A DNA stretch of 64,000 nucleotides from Bryobacterales bacterium (GTDB lineage Bacteria; Acidobacteriota; Terriglobia; Bryobacterales; UBA6623), in the NCBI GenBank assembly GCA_965226385.1, contig OZ245359.1:2315301-2379300 (forward strand), given 5' to 3'. Below the pieces are notes generated by a model. That model did not search any database. It saw only the letters and a list, made by a program, of their open reading frames with translations, and was not told where the DNA came from. Every line of letters starts with the position of its first letter. The first letter of the stretch is position 1. A program made the translations under genes and the position numbers. Positions 49,166 through 60,308 of this stretch are shown piece by piece.

Positions 49166-51031
49166 TTGCTGGCACAGGGACGAATACAGGATGACTATGA
49201 CATCGTTGTCATAGGTGCTGGCCATGCCGGTTGTGAAGCTGCTGTAGCAGGTGCCCGAATCGGTGCGCGGGTTGCCCTGATCACCCTTAATCTGGATCTG
49301 ATCGCCCAGATGTCCTGCAATCCTGCGGTCGGGGGCATTGCCAAGGGTCACCTGGTACGTGAGATCGATGCCCTTGGTGGCATCATGGGCCAGGTCACTG
49401 ATGAGGTTGGCATCCAGTTCCGTCTCCTGAATACAAGTCGGGGTCCAGCGGTCTGGTCCCCGCGAGCACAATGCGACAAGAAGCAATACCGCATTCGCAT
49501 GCGCCAGCTACTTGAATCCGAACCCAATCTGGTCATCAAACAGGCCGAGGTGGTTGATTTTCTGATTCAGGACTCCCGGATTCAGGGGGTCGAGCTGCTG
49601 GACGGTCGCATGATTCATGCATCTGCCGTGATCATCACAACAGGAACGTTCCTGAATGGGCTGATACATATCGGCGAAAGAACCTACTCGGCAGGACGAA
49701 GTGGGGAGCCCGCATCCCTTATGCTAGGAGAAGTCCTTAAGAATCAAGGGTTTAGATGCTGTCGGCTGAAAACGGGCACGCCACCACGCTTGGATGGCAG
49801 AACCATCGACTGGGCTGGCTTTGAGCCACAGCCCGGGGATGCTGATCCCACGCCATTCTCATTCCGCACCCAGTCCATTGACCGGGAACAAATCCACTGC
49901 CATATTGCCTATACCAACGAGACGACACACCAGTTGTTGAGCAAAAACATCCAGCGTTCCCCACTGTACAGTGGTCAGATCGAGGGAGTTGGCCCCCGTT
50001 ACTGCCCCTCGATCGAGGACAAGGTTATCCGGTTCAGGGATCGAACCCGACACCAGATTTTTTTGGAACCTGAGGGACTCGATACCAACGAAGTGTATGT
50101 CAATGGCATGTCAACAAGCATGCCGATTGATGTCCAGACTGCCATGGTTGCCTCAGTACCGGGGCTTGACAAGGCCGAGATGATTCGTCCGGGCTATGCA
50201 ATCGAATATGATTCCATTGATGCGACGGAGTTGCATGCCAGCCTTGAGACTAAACGCATCAAAGGCCTTTACCTTGCAGGGCAAATCAACGGTACAACGG
50301 GCTACGAGGAAGCAGCTTGCCAGGGGCTGCTGGCAGGAATCAATGCTGCCTGCAAACTCAAAGACCAGGCGCCCCTCGTACTTGAACGAACTGATGCCTA
50401 TATTGGCATCCTGATTGATGACCTTGTGACCAAGGGCACGGACGAGCCTTATCGCATGTTCACTTCACGAGCAGAATTCCGCCTGCACCTCCGGATTGAC
50501 AATGCCGATCGCAGGTTGACACCCGCAGCAAGGCGTGTTGGAACGATCAGTGCCAGCGACTGGCAACAGTTCCAGAACAAATGCAAAAAACGTGACACGG
50601 TGCTGCAATTCCTGAACAAGGAAAAGCTGCCCCCATCGAGTTCGTTCCTGCAGGACCTGACACCTGCACCGAAGGGGCGAGTCAGCCTGCGACAGCTCCT
50701 GCGACGGCCGCAGGTCTCCATGGACCAGATGCGCAGTTTTGTCCCCGAACAACTGGCCCATCCACTGCGCAGGGCTGACTGGAAAGCAATCGAGACGGAA
50801 ATCAAGTACGAGGGATACCTGCAGCAGCAACTCCGTCAGATCGAACGCCTCAAGAAAGTCGAGTCAAGGAACATCCCTGTACAATTCGAGTACCGTGGAC
50901 TGCCCGGGTTGTCAAACGAAGTAATCGAAAAAATGGAACGTGTGCGTCCCAGAACACTTGGCCAGGCCGGACGCATTCCAGGCATCACACCCGCGGCTAT
51001 CTCCATATTGAACATGCACTTGAGTGCCTGA
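49166..51031 (+). CDS. mnmG: tRNA uridine-5-carboxymethylaminomethyl modification enzyme
   Basis: [42 protein letters not shown] and [14 protein letters not shown]. Confidence 0.98.
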   Translation: MLAQGRIQDDYDIVVIGAGHAGCEAAVAGARIGARVALITLNLDLIAQMSCNPAVGGIAKGHLVREIDALGGIMGQVTDEVGIQFRLLNTSRGPAVWSPRAQCDKKQYRIRMRQLLESEPNLVIKQAEVVDFLIQDSRIQGVELLDGRMIHASAVIITTGTFLNGLIHIGERTYSAGRSGEPASLMLGEVLKNQGFRCCRLKTGTPPRLDGRTIDWAGFEPQPGDADPTPFSFRTQSIDREQIHCHIAYTNETTHQLLSKNIQRSPLYSGQIEGVGPRYCPSIEDKVIRFRDRTRHQIFLEPEGLDTNEVYVNGMSTSMPIDVQTAMVASVPGLDKAEMIRPGYAIEYDSIDATELHASLETKRIKGLYLAGQINGTTGYEEAACQGLLAGINAACKLKDQAPLVLERTDAYIGILIDDLVTKGTDEPYRMFTSRAEFRLHLRIDNADRRLTPAARRVGTISASDWQQFQNKCKKRDTVLQFLNKEKLPPSSSFLQDLTPAPKGRVSLRQLLRRPQVSMDQMRSFVPEQLAHPLRRADWKAIETEIKYEGYLQQQLRQIERLKKVESRNIPVQFEYRGLPGLSNEVIEKMERVRPRTLGQAGRIPGITPAAISILNMHLSA

Positions 51032-51600
51032 TGTTCGAAACCAGCCTGCGCAGTATTGCCAGCCAGTTGGGGGTGGCCCTGGCAGAGCCTCAGGTCCTGC
51101 TCCTGTGCAACCACTACAGACTGCTTGCAAGCTGGAACCAACACATCAACCTGACCGCCATCTGCGGTCCACAGCAGGCTGCCCGCAGACACTACGGGGA
51201 GTCCCTTTTCCTGCACCAGTTGTTACCTGCAACTGATTCCCTTGTCGATGTAGGATCAGGTGCGGGTTTTCCGGGGGTTCCTGTTGCCGTGATGCGTCCC
51301 GAATCATCAGTCACCCTGCTTGAATCAAAGAACAGGAAAGCAGCATTCCTGCGGCAAGCAACCCGGGGAATGGGCAATATCGAGATCCAGTCCTGTCGCT
51401 TGTCAGACTGGCAGGGAACTGCAGAGTGGGCCTTGCTGCGGGCCGTATCTGTTGAAAAGATTCTCCCCGACCTCACGGGAAAGGTCAGGAATATAGCCAT
51501 CCTCGGAACAGACCAGACAATAAACGGGGAAGCATACCGTTGGGAAGCATACCCCCTGCCCTGGGGAGACAGGCAACTCCTTTGGCTCGGTTTCACGTGA
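51031..51600 (+). CDS. rsmG: 16S rRNA m7G527 methyltransferase
   Basis: WNQHINLTAI, RHYGESL and DVGSGAGFPGVP. Lies between mnmG and parA. Confidence 0.92.
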   Translation: MFETSLRSIASQLGVALAEPQVLLLCNHYRLLASWNQHINLTAICGPQQAARRHYGESLFLHQLLPATDSLVDVGSGAGFPGVPVAVMRPESSVTLLESKNRKAAFLRQATRGMGNIEIQSCRLSDWQGTAEWALLRAVSVEKILPDLTGKVRNIAILGTDQTINGEAYRWEAYPLPWGDRQLLWLGFT

Positions 51601-51604
51601 AACA
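51589..51604. promoter_or_regulatory. parS site (1 mismatch), overlapping the rsmG stop codon
   Basis: GGTTTCACGTGAAACA versus consensus TGTTTCACGTGAAACA. Confidence 0.88.
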
Positions 51605-51624
51605 AGGTAAAGGGCCGGCAGGAG

Positions 51625-51640
51625 TGTTTCACGTGAAACA
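51625..51640. promoter_or_regulatory. parS site (perfect consensus)
   Basis: TGTTTCACGTGAAACA palindrome directly upstream of parAB. Confidence 0.95.
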
Positions 51641-51696
51641 CGCTGTGATTCGTACTTTGTGAAGCTTTGCTATGCTAATCCCTATCGGCATCATAC

Positions 51697-52488
51697 GTGC
51701 CCTACCGCATTGCAATTGCCAATCAAAAGGGAGGTGTCGGCAAGACAACCACGGCTATTAATCTTGCAGCCGCCCTGGTGGCTGCGGACTGCAAGGTACT
51801 GCTGGTAGATTGCGACCCGCAATCCAATACAACCAGTGGGGTAGGCATCCATCCGGACCCCGATCGTCCCGGTCTCTACGGTTTACTGCTGGATGAGAAC
51901 ACGCTTCCTGAAGCTATTCTGCATACCAGTTACGTCGGCCTTGATATCGTGCCGGCCAGCAAGGACTTGTACGGTGCAAACATTGAGCTTGTAAGCGTCA
52001 GCAGGCGGGAGTGTCTCCTCAAGCAACAACTGGAACTTGTCGACCAGTCGTATGATTTTGTCCTGCTTGACTGCCCGCCGGCTCTTGACCTGCTCACACT
52101 GAACGCGCTGGTCGCCGCTGAATCTCTCCTGATTCCCATTCAATGCGAATATTTTGCCCTTGAAGGGACATCCTCTCTGTTGCAGACCATGAACTCTATT
52201 CGCAAGAAGCTGAACCCGGAACTCAAGCTGGAAGGAGTCTTGCTGACCATGTACGACGGTCGCAACTCCCTGACCCGTCAGGTGTCAGAAGAATTGCGTA
52301 ACTACTTTGGTAACAGCATCTTAGAGACAGTCATCCCTCGGAATATACGGCTTGCCGAAGCTCCCAGCCACGGTATGCCGATCCTGCAGTATGACCTGCG
52401 CTCCAAGGGAGCTGAAAGCTACCTGCGCCTGGCGCGCGAAATCCTGGCACATAGAAAAAAGGTACATATCCAGAAAGAAGATGAATAA
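51697..52488 (+). CDS. parA: Chromosome partitioning ATPase ParA/Soj
   Basis: NQKGGVGKTTT, DCDPQ, DCPP, PIQCEYFALEG and IPRNIRLAEAPSHG. Confidence 0.97.
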   Translation: MPYRIAIANQKGGVGKTTTAINLAAALVAADCKVLLVDCDPQSNTTSGVGIHPDPDRPGLYGLLLDENTLPEAILHTSYVGLDIVPASKDLYGANIELVSVSRRECLLKQQLELVDQSYDFVLLDCPPALDLLTLNALVAAESLLIPIQCEYFALEGTSSLLQTMNSIRKKLNPELKLEGVLLTMYDGRNSLTRQVSEELRNYFGNSILETVIPRNIRLAEAPSHGMPILQYDLRSKGAESYLRLAREILAHRKKVHIQKEDE

Positions 52489-53395
52489 AATGACACTACA
52501 CCCAAAGCAAACAACCCGGCGCAAGGCCCTGGGCAAGGGACTGGGAGCCTTGCTTCCAGACAATACTGGACCAGACCCGGTATCCACACCTCCCCTATCC
52601 TCTTCCGGGGACACCATAACCTACATCTCCGTATCGAGTATCGATCCTAACCCGGAACAACCACGCCATCTTTTTGATCAGAAGGCCTTGCAGGAGCTGG
52701 CAGTCTCTATCAAGGAGGATGGCGTCCTGCAGCCTGTCACGGTCAAACCTGCCGGAGATCGCTTCACATTGATCATTGGAGAACGCCGATTGAAAGCTAC
52801 CAGCATTGCAGGATTGACCAAGATACCGGCCATCATCCGTGAGATTGAGGACGACAAGATCCTGGGAGTTTCCCTGGTTGAGAACATCCAGCGGGAAGAT
52901 CTCAACCCGATGGAGATTGCACAAACCCTGGAGCGCATGGTCAAGGAGTTGAACCTGAATCATGATGAACTTGCCGTGCATACCGGAAAAAGCCGCTCGA
53001 ACATAACCAACCACATTCGGCTGCTAAAGCTTTCGGCAAGAGTGAAAGAGTTTGTACGTCGGGGCGAACTCCAGATGGGGCATGCACGCTGCTTGCTCTC
53101 ACTGGAGGATTCCCGTCAGCAGGATACCTTTGCAGAAATTGCTGTGAAACAACAACTGTCTGTCCGGCAGGTCGAGCGGCTAGTGGCGAAGACCAAGAAG
53201 AAAGAACATCCAACCCGCAAACAGGAGCTTGACCCCAACGTTGCTGCAGCCGTGGAAGAGATGCAGAGAGTTTTGCAAACCCCGGTAAGGATCAGGATGC
53301 AACGGAAAAAATGGACGGGAACACTTGAGATCGATTATTCATCCCAGGAGGAGTTGACAGCTCTGGGCGACAGGATCCTGGGGGAGGGGATGTGA
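52481..53395 (+). CDS. parB: Chromosome partitioning protein ParB/Spo0J
   Basis: LGKGLGALL, PEQPR, GERR, ENIQREDLNPME and the HTH GKSRSNITN. Confidence 0.97.
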   Translation: MNKMTLHPKQTTRRKALGKGLGALLPDNTGPDPVSTPPLSSSGDTITYISVSSIDPNPEQPRHLFDQKALQELAVSIKEDGVLQPVTVKPAGDRFTLIIGERRLKATSIAGLTKIPAIIREIEDDKILGVSLVENIQREDLNPMEIAQTLERMVKELNLNHDELAVHTGKSRSNITNHIRLLKLSARVKEFVRRGELQMGHARCLLSLEDSRQQDTFAEIAVKQQLSVRQVERLVAKTKKKEHPTRKQELDPNVAAAVEEMQRVLQTPVRIRMQRKKWTGTLEIDYSSQEELTALGDRILGEGM

Positions 53396-53462
53396 GTGGT
53401 TTTTAAAAAAGACCCTGTCCTAACTGCGTGCATGCCAGCAGTGGTTCTTTACTGCCTGTTTA

Positions 53463-54074
53463 TTACTGCTGATTCTGGATTCTCTCCAGCAAGCCATCTG
53501 CGCGAGCCCGTGCCAGGTGTACAATCCGGTCCTGGCCTGAAATTTTTATCAATATTTCAACCAACTGGCAAGGAGCCACAATGCGGTTCCGGTCAAAGGA
53601 CTGCTCCAGTGAAACCAGGGCCTTGTTAATGCCCAGCCGGTCAAAACGAAAAACCCGCTCGAGTGCATGGAGATGGCGTCTGGTTTCGGCAAGTCTCACG
53701 AACCAGGCGATGACATCACGAGCCGTCGAACTCTCTGTATAGTTCAGGGACTGTTCCCCGCGAACCTGGCCTTCTGACTCGTAACGCAGCACTTTTTCCC
53801 CTGTGGATGCGACCTTGCGGTCACTGGCAAGCGGCTGGCTGAAAAAGTCCAGATCGGAAGCCAGCTCGAAAACTGTCTTAGACTCATGCTCGCTGATCCG
53901 GAACTGTTCCATTACCTCGTCCGTTTCCAAATAGCTCACCGAGCCATCCTGACCCAGCGTGACTTCAAAGTGAGCAGGAACCGCTCCTGGAAAATCGCGG
54001 CTGAAGAAAATCGTGTCCTGCCCGGAAGCCATGCAACTGGCCAGGCAAACCAAACCGATGACTTTGAGCAACAT
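53463..54074 (-). CDS. Hypothetical exported protein
   Basis: Signal-peptide-like N-terminus, co-oriented downstream of ruvC, fills the gap cleanly. Confidence 0.7.
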   Translation of the reverse strand: MLLKVIGLVCLASCMASGQDTIFFSRDFPGAVPAHFEVTLGQDGSVSYLETDEVMEQFRISEHESKTVFELASDLDFFSQPLASDRKVASTGEKVLRYESEGQVRGEQSLNYTESSTARDVIAWFVRLAETRRHLHALERVFRFDRLGINKALVSLEQSFDRNRIVAPCQLVEILIKISGQDRIVHLARARADGLLERIQNQQ

Positions 54075-54089
54075 ATCCCTGACAGCTCC

Positions 54090-54569
54090 CTACGCTGGAA
54101 AACCTCTCCGGGTTGCATGACAACATGCCACCGCAAGAGCATCAGAGGCATCCAGTGGCATGTTGCTGTCCTGCACACCGAGCAGCACTTGCACCATAAG
54201 CGTTACCTGCTCTTTTTCTGCACTCCCGTAACCGGTCACGCTTTGCTTTACCTGCTTGGGTGGATAGCTGGCCACCGCTAGGCCTGCCCGCGCCGCCGAC
54301 AAAAGCACTGCTCCCCTGACATGTGCCAGTACAATTGCACTCTTGACATTCTTGAAATAAAAGACATCTTCCACTGCGACTTCATCTGGACTATGTTGGG
54401 AAAGAACCCTGTCAATACCATCGGCAATCACCCCCAGGCGTTCTGCCAACTCAGCTTTGCCGGGAGCTTTCAGCACCCCGTAGTCAACCACGCTGTGGCT
54501 GGCACCATCACTGTCAATCACACCATACCCGGTGACTTGCGATCCGCAGTCGATTCCCAGGATTCGCAC
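54090..54569 (-). CDS. ruvC: Holliday junction resolvase RuvC
   Basis: RILGIDCG...GYGVI, AVEDVF, VKQSVTGYGSAEKEQV and DASDALAVA. Confidence 0.96.
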   Translation of the reverse strand: MRILGIDCGSQVTGYGVIDSDGASHSVVDYGVLKAPGKAELAERLGVIADGIDRVLSQHSPDEVAVEDVFYFKNVKSAIVLAHVRGAVLLSAARAGLAVASYPPKQVKQSVTGYGSAEKEQVTLMVQVLLGVQDSNMPLDASDALAVACCHATRRGFPA

Positions 54570-54583
54570 AGGTGGCGGGGCTC

Positions 54584-55333
54584 TCAGGCTGAGAGCGCCT
54601 CAAGCTCTTCGTCGCTGATGTCGAAGTTTGCAAAGACGTTCTGCACATCATCTTGTTCCTCAAGTGTCTCGATCATGCGTACGACACTACCAGCTTGCTT
54701 TCCTTCGACCTTCACCGTGTTATCCGGGACCCGGGAAATTTCCGTTGTCAGCGGCTCGATACCAGCATTCACAAGGGATTCCAGAACTGCTGCATGTGCC
54801 TCGGAAGAAGAGTAAATTGCCCAGTGCTCCTCTTCATCGCGCAGGTCTGCTGCACCAGCAGCAAGCACGAGGTCCATCAACTGCTCTTCATCTGCTGCCG
54901 TCTTGTCAACAACGATCAGGCTTTGCTTTTGAAAGATCCAGGAAACGCAACCGTTTTCACCGAGATTCCCACCATTCTTTGCAAAGATGTGGCGCAACTC
55001 GGCTACTGTGCGGTTGCGATTGTCGGTGACAGTCTCCACGAAGACTGCCACACCTGCCGGGGCATAACCTTCAAAGGTGATCTCTTCGAGTGTTTCCCCT
55101 TCAAGCTGACCACTACCACGCAGGATCGCCCGCTTGATGTTCTCACTCGGCATTGACTGCGACTTGGCAGTAGCGACCGCAGTCCGCAAGCGGGCATTGG
55201 AATCCATACCAGGCCCACCCTCCCGAGAAGCGATCTGGATCTCCCGGATCAGCCTGGTAAAAATCTTGCCGCGCTTCGCATCGGTAGCAGCTTTTTTATG
55301 CTTGATTGTCGCCCATTTTGAGTGGCCCGACAT
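54584..55333 (-). CDS. yebC: YebC/PmpR family protein
   Basis: MSGHSKWATIKHKK, TDNRNRT and DDVQNVFAN. Upstream of ruvC. Confidence 0.96.
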   Translation of the reverse strand: MSGHSKWATIKHKKAATDAKRGKIFTRLIREIQIASREGGPGMDSNARLRTAVATAKSQSMPSENIKRAILRGSGQLEGETLEEITFEGYAPAGVAVFVETVTDNRNRTVAELRHIFAKNGGNLGENGCVSWIFQKQSLIVVDKTAADEEQLMDLVLAAGAADLRDEEEHWAIYSSSEAHAAVLESLVNAGIEPLTTEISRVPDNTVKVEGKQAGSVVRMIETLEEQDDVQNVFANFDISDEELEALSA

Positions 55334-55472
55334 ACTCGTTACCCGTTCCTGATTATTCCTGTTGCACTGCACTCATAAAGCCCAAGTGCAAGGAAATTCC
55401 ACCGTAAATATGTCTAAAGGGTACCAGATGAAAGCTGCAAACCATTGCAGGGATATGCGTAAAATGGTCTGA

Positions 55473-56444
55473 ATGGGTTTTCCGGTGCACCGCTTGAGGA
55501 GACTACGAAGCTCCCAGACCCTGCGCACATTGGTGCAGGAGACAACCCTTACTACCGGGAATCTGATCTACCCCCTGTTCGTCTGTGAGGGCGAAGGAGT
55601 TGAACAGCCTGTTGAGTCGATGCCCGGAGTGAGCAACTTCTCGATTGACTTGCTGGTGAAGGAATGCAACGAAGTGGCCGCTCTTGGCATTCCCGGAGTC
55701 ATTCTTTTCGGAATCCCGAAAAAGAAGGATGCCCTGGGCACCTGCGCTTACGACGATGAAGGCATCATCCAGAGAGCCATCAAGGCGTTGAAAAAGGAAC
55801 TCCCGAGGCTCCTCGTGATTGCAGATACATGCTTGTGTGAGTATACGGATCATGGGCACTGCGGACAGGTCATTGATAACGAGGTGGACAATGACAAGAG
55901 CCTGGAGTTGCTCCAGAAAACTGCGTTGTCCCAAGCTCGGGCAGGGGCCGATATCATCGCTCCTTCGGACATGATGGATGGCAGGGTCGCAGCTATCCGG
56001 ACGGTTTTAGATGAGAACCAACTGGAACAAGTACCAATCCTGTCCTATGCCGCCAAGTACTGCTCCTCGTTTTATGGCCCTTTTCGGGATGCTGCCCAGT
56101 CCGCTCCCCGGTTCGGTAACCGTACGAGCTACCAAATGGATCCATCGAACCACCGCGAAGCAATGAGAGAAATCGAGGCGGATCTTGAGGAAGGCGCCGA
56201 CATGATCATGGTGAAACCGGCACTGCCTTACCTTGACGTGCTGTGGCACGCCAAACAGGAGTTCGGGGTACCAACGGCCGCCTACCAGGTGAGTGGTGAA
56301 TACGCCATGATTCAGGCTGCCGCTCAGAACGGCTGGCTTTCACAAGAGCGCGCCGTGCTGGAGAGCCTGGTTTGCATCAAGCGAGCAGGAGCAGACCTGA
56401 TCCTGACGTACTTCGCCAAGCAGGCTGCAGACCTTTTGAGCTGA
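55473..56444 (+). CDS. hemB: Porphobilinogen synthase
   Basis: [36 protein letters not shown] and AYQVSGEY. Confidence 0.97.
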   Translation: MGFPVHRLRRLRSSQTLRTLVQETTLTTGNLIYPLFVCEGEGVEQPVESMPGVSNFSIDLLVKECNEVAALGIPGVILFGIPKKKDALGTCAYDDEGIIQRAIKALKKELPRLLVIADTCLCEYTDHGHCGQVIDNEVDNDKSLELLQKTALSQARAGADIIAPSDMMDGRVAAIRTVLDENQLEQVPILSYAAKYCSSFYGPFRDAAQSAPRFGNRTSYQMDPSNHREAMREIEADLEEGADMIMVKPALPYLDVLWHAKQEFGVPTAAYQVSGEYAMIQAAAQNGWLSQERAVLESLVCIKRAGADLILTYFAKQAADLLS

Positions 56445-56452
56445 TTAGAAGC

Positions 56453-57976
56453 GTGAAAATATTTCGTTTTTGGTTACTGTTGCTGCTGACATGCAGCCTT
56501 GCCGCTAGCGCCTCCGAGCCCCCTCCAGTCGAGAGTACGGCAATTACCCAGCGTGTTGAGGCAATCCTGGAACAGACTGCTGCTCAAAAGGCATACTGGG
56601 GCATCAAGATCTACGATCTGGAGAACCGTACAACCGTTTACGAAAGAAATTCCGGCAGACTTTTCCTGCCCGCCTCCAACGTCAAACTTTTTTCAAGTGC
56701 CCTGGCCCTGCAGAGGCTGGGGAGTGATTACCGCTTCAGTACATCGGTTGCAGCAGACGGCGAGATCGATGAAAACGGAGTACTGCAAGGCGACTTGCTG
56801 CTAGTTGGCGGAGGAGACCCCAACTTTTCGGCACGCCTGCACCCCTACCACCAGGACCGGCAGTTCGGACCGGATCTCATGCAGCCGGTCAAGTTGCTGG
56901 CCCGTAGAATCCAGGAAGCCGGTATTCGCCAGGTCAACGGGGATCTGGTCGGGGATGACACCCGCTATGTCTGGCAGACCTACCCTTCAGGCTGGTCTTA
57001 CGCGGATACCTTGCAACAGTACGGCAGCCCGACCAGTGCGCTCGTATTCAATGACAACCTGATTCAACTAAACATCACCCCGGGAACTGCCCGGCGCCCG
57101 GCGCATCTGATGACCAAACCTGATCTGGCCTACTACACCATCCAGAACCATACGATCACACTGCCCGGTCAATGGATTTATCGACAGCTTGCTACCCGCT
57201 TGAGTGCTAACCGTGAAGAGTTGATCATTTCCGGCGAGATTCGCCAGAACTCCCGTGGCCGGGTAGTCCGGGTTGCTCCCGATGATCCAGCACTCTATGC
57301 AACTCTGGCCCTGAAAAAAGCTCTGGCAGAGGTTGGCATCGAGATTAGCGGTGAGACTCGCACAATTCACCAAAGGCCAGAGTCACTGCTCAGCCTGCAA
57401 TCACTGCCTCAAAAACCCCCCAGAGGCGGGAATGTACTTGTCGAACTGAGTTCCGAGCCTCTCAGGGCTGCTATCACGGTATTGAACAAGGAAAGCGAAA
57501 ACCTGCATGCTGAGATGCTGCTAAGGGAGGTTGCACTACAGGAAGCAAATATTGGCAGCCAGGAAGCAGCACTGATTTCATTGAAGCGGTTCCTGTCAGA
57601 TGCAGGGTTGAGGAGCGAGGAGTTTTTCCTGGTGGATGGATCGGGCCTTTCACGCCAGAATCTGCTTTCGCCAAATGCCACCATTCAACTACTTCAATAC
57701 ATGTGGAATTCAGCCAGCAGGGATGATTACATCAACAGTCTGCCGGTCGCCGGGCGGGACGGAACGCTGGACTGGCGCTTTACACGTTCTCCAGCACGCG
57801 GACTGATCCGCGCCAAAACCGGTTCAATGACGCATGTGGTTGCCTTGTCTGGATACGCCTCCAGGCCGTCAGGTAAAACTTACGCCTTTTCCATCTTTGC
57901 CAACAATTTCGGGATTTCTTCTACAAGTACGAGGGAATCCATGGACCGTATCGCGGAAGCATTGGTTCGTCCCTGA
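56453..57976 (+). CDS. dacB: D-alanyl-D-alanine carboxypeptidase/endopeptidase PBP4
   Basis: PASNVK (SxxK), GGGDP, SEN (SxN), DGSGLSR and AKTGS, with a signal peptide. Confidence 0.93.
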   Translation: MKIFRFWLLLLLTCSLAASASEPPPVESTAITQRVEAILEQTAAQKAYWGIKIYDLENRTTVYERNSGRLFLPASNVKLFSSALALQRLGSDYRFSTSVAADGEIDENGVLQGDLLLVGGGDPNFSARLHPYHQDRQFGPDLMQPVKLLARRIQEAGIRQVNGDLVGDDTRYVWQTYPSGWSYADTLQQYGSPTSALVFNDNLIQLNITPGTARRPAHLMTKPDLAYYTIQNHTITLPGQWIYRQLATRLSANREELIISGEIRQNSRGRVVRVAPDDPALYATLALKKALAEVGIEISGETRTIHQRPESLLSLQSLPQKPPRGGNVLVELSSEPLRAAITVLNKESENLHAEMLLREVALQEANIGSQEAALISLKRFLSDAGLRSEEFFLVDGSGLSRQNLLSPNATIQLLQYMWNSASRDDYINSLPVAGRDGTLDWRFTRSPARGLIRAKTGSMTHVVALSGYASRPSGKTYAFSIFANNFGISSTSTRESMDRIAEALVRP

Positions 57977-58059
57977 AAGTCAGCCTGATCACGCCTAGGC
58001 AGCAACAGACTTGATAATTTCCCTCGGTATGATGAAAAAAGGGAAAGCGGTTAACGGGG

Positions 58060-58983
58060 TTGAGAACAAAAAAACAGAACCCGTTGAGTTTACTGGGCAT
58101 CGAAGATCTTGAGCGTTCCGAGATCGAGTGGTTGCTTGAACGGGGAAAACATTACAAGTCGCTAAACCATCGAAAAAAACTCGACCTGCTGCGGGGACGC
58201 TCTGTCGTCAACCTTTTTTTTGAACCATCGACAAGAACACGGACAAGTTTCGAAATTGCAGCCAAGAGAATGGGTGCAGACACGATAGGCATCCAGGCGG
58301 TCGGTTCCAGCCTTTCCAAGGGTGAGTCCCTGGTCGACACTCTGAACACTCTCTCGGCAATGAATCCGGATACCATTGTGATGCGTCATGCTGCTTCCGG
58401 GGCTCCCCATTTCCTGGCGCGTTATCTTTCCACACCGATGATCAATGCCGGTGACGGGCGTCATGAACACCCCACCCAGGCACTGCTGGATGCACTGACC
58501 ATCATTGAGATCAAGCAGCAGCTTGAAGGACTGCGGGTTGCCATCATCGGTGATATTTCACACTCCCGAGTAGCCCGCTCAAACCTGTATCTGCTTTCAA
58601 AGTTCGGCGTCGATCTGGTCCTGTGCGGACCTGCCACGACAGTCTCGCAGAACATGAAAACACTCGCACCTGGTGTAAGCCTGACTTACAAGATGAAAGA
58701 AGCGGTTCGGGCCGCTGATGTCATCATGATGTTGCGGGTTCAACTGGAACGCCAGCGCGTGGAAGTATTCCCCAAGAATGAATATTTCCGGTTTTACGGA
58801 CTGACACTGGAACACATCATGCTTGCGAAGCCGGATGTGATCGTGCTGCATCCCGGGCCGATCAACCGTGGCAGGGAGATTTCCAGTGAAGTCGCTGACT
58901 CGCAGCGCTCAATGATATTGAGTCAGGTAGAAAACGGTGTTGCCATACGGATGGCGGTTCTGGAACGGGTCTGCAAGGGATAG
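58060..58983 (+). CDS. pyrB: Aspartate carbamoyltransferase catalytic subunit
   Basis: FFEPSTRTRTSFE, NAGDG.HEHPTQALLD, RVQLER and HPGPINRG. Confidence 0.97.
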   Translation: MRTKKQNPLSLLGIEDLERSEIEWLLERGKHYKSLNHRKKLDLLRGRSVVNLFFEPSTRTRTSFEIAAKRMGADTIGIQAVGSSLSKGESLVDTLNTLSAMNPDTIVMRHAASGAPHFLARYLSTPMINAGDGRHEHPTQALLDALTIIEIKQQLEGLRVAIIGDISHSRVARSNLYLLSKFGVDLVLCGPATTVSQNMKTLAPGVSLTYKMKEAVRAADVIMMLRVQLERQRVEVFPKNEYFRFYGLTLEHIMLAKPDVIVLHPGPINRGREISSEVADSQRSMILSQVENGVAIRMAVLERVCKG

Positions 58984-58994
58984 GCGGGAACAGA

Positions 58995-60308
58995 TTGATG
59001 CGGCTGCTAATCCAGAACGGACAAGTTATCGACCCGGCCAGCGGTCTCAATGACCGGCGGGATGTTTTAGTCGAGGGAGACCGGGTAACGGCAATCGAAC
59101 CTAAGATTGATGCTGCAGATGCCAAGGTTTTCGACGCCGAGGGACTGGTCGTAACCCCCGGCTTTCTGGATATCCATGTTCATCTCCGAGAGCCTGGAAT
59201 CGAGCATGCCGAGACGATCCGAAGTGGATCCGAAGCAGCTGCATGCGGTGGATTCACAACCATCTGCTGCATGCCGAACACGCAGCCTGTCAACGATTCT
59301 GCTCAGGTGACAAGCTTCATCGTCGAGAGGGCCCGGCGCACAGCAGCTATCCGTGTTCTGCCCATCGGAGCGATTTCGAAGGGCAGCCAGGGTCAGCAAC
59401 TGGCAGACATCGGTGCCATGTTGTCGGAAGGAGCTGTCGCCATCAGCGACGACGGCATCCCGGTCATGAACTCCGGCCTGATGCGGTTGGCAATGCGCTA
59501 TGCAGCATCTTTTGGCATCACGGTGATTGATCACTGCGAAGACCTTCACCTGAGTGATGGCGGTGATATCCACGAGGGATTCCAGAGCATGCGCCTGGGG
59601 CTTTCAGGCATCCCGGCCTGCTCGGAGGATGTGATGGTTGCAAGGGATATTATCCTTGCTGCCGACACCGGGGCACATATCCATATTGCCCACATCTCTA
59701 CAGCAAATTCCATTGCCATGGTGAGGCGCGCCAAGGAACTGGGCATTGCCGTCACAGCCGAAGTTACACCGCATCATCTGGTCCTGACTGACGACCAGAT
59801 TCCCGGTTACGACTCGAACTACAAGATGAAACCCCCATTGCGTACAAGGAGCGACATGGAAGCGGCTATCGAGGGCTTGATAGACGGTACCATCAATTGC
59901 ATTGCCACCGATCATGCCCCGCATACAGGGCACATGAAAATGCAGGAGTTCGAGCGGTGTCCGTTTGGAGTCACCGGCCTTGAGACCTCACTTGGGCTGG
60001 CTCTCAAGGAGCTTTATCACACAGGGAAAGTCGACCTGTTGCACCTGGTGAGCCTCTTCACAAACCAAGCGAACAACTGCCTGGATCTGGAGCGAGGCAA
60101 CTTGCAGGTTAACGGTCCAGCAGACATCACTATCTTTTCAACGGACCGGGAGTGGACCTATGATGTTCAATCCACGAAATCCAAGAGCAAGAATTCACCG
60201 TTTCACGGGGAGGTGTTCCGGGGAGGCCCTGTCGCGACTATCATGGGCGGGCAAATTATCTGGACACTGGAAGAAGGGTTGCACCCCGTTCCTGGAGCAG
60301 AAGCATGA
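58995..60308 (+). CDS. pyrC: Dihydroorotase
   Basis: DIHVHLREPG, MPNT, EVTPHH, KMKPPLR and ATDHAPH. Confidence 0.96.
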   Translation: MMRLLIQNGQVIDPASGLNDRRDVLVEGDRVTAIEPKIDAADAKVFDAEGLVVTPGFLDIHVHLREPGIEHAETIRSGSEAAACGGFTTICCMPNTQPVNDSAQVTSFIVERARRTAAIRVLPIGAISKGSQGQQLADIGAMLSEGAVAISDDGIPVMNSGLMRLAMRYAASFGITVIDHCEDLHLSDGGDIHEGFQSMRLGLSGIPACSEDVMVARDIILAADTGAHIHIAHISTANSIAMVRRAKELGIAVTAEVTPHHLVLTDDQIPGYDSNYKMKPPLRTRSDMEAAIEGLIDGTINCIATDHAPHTGHMKMQEFERCPFGVTGLETSLGLALKELYHTGKVDLLHLVSLFTNQANNCLDLERGNLQVNGPADITIFSTDREWTYDVQSTKSKSKNSPFHGEVFRGGPVATIMGGQIIWTLEEGLHPVPGAEA

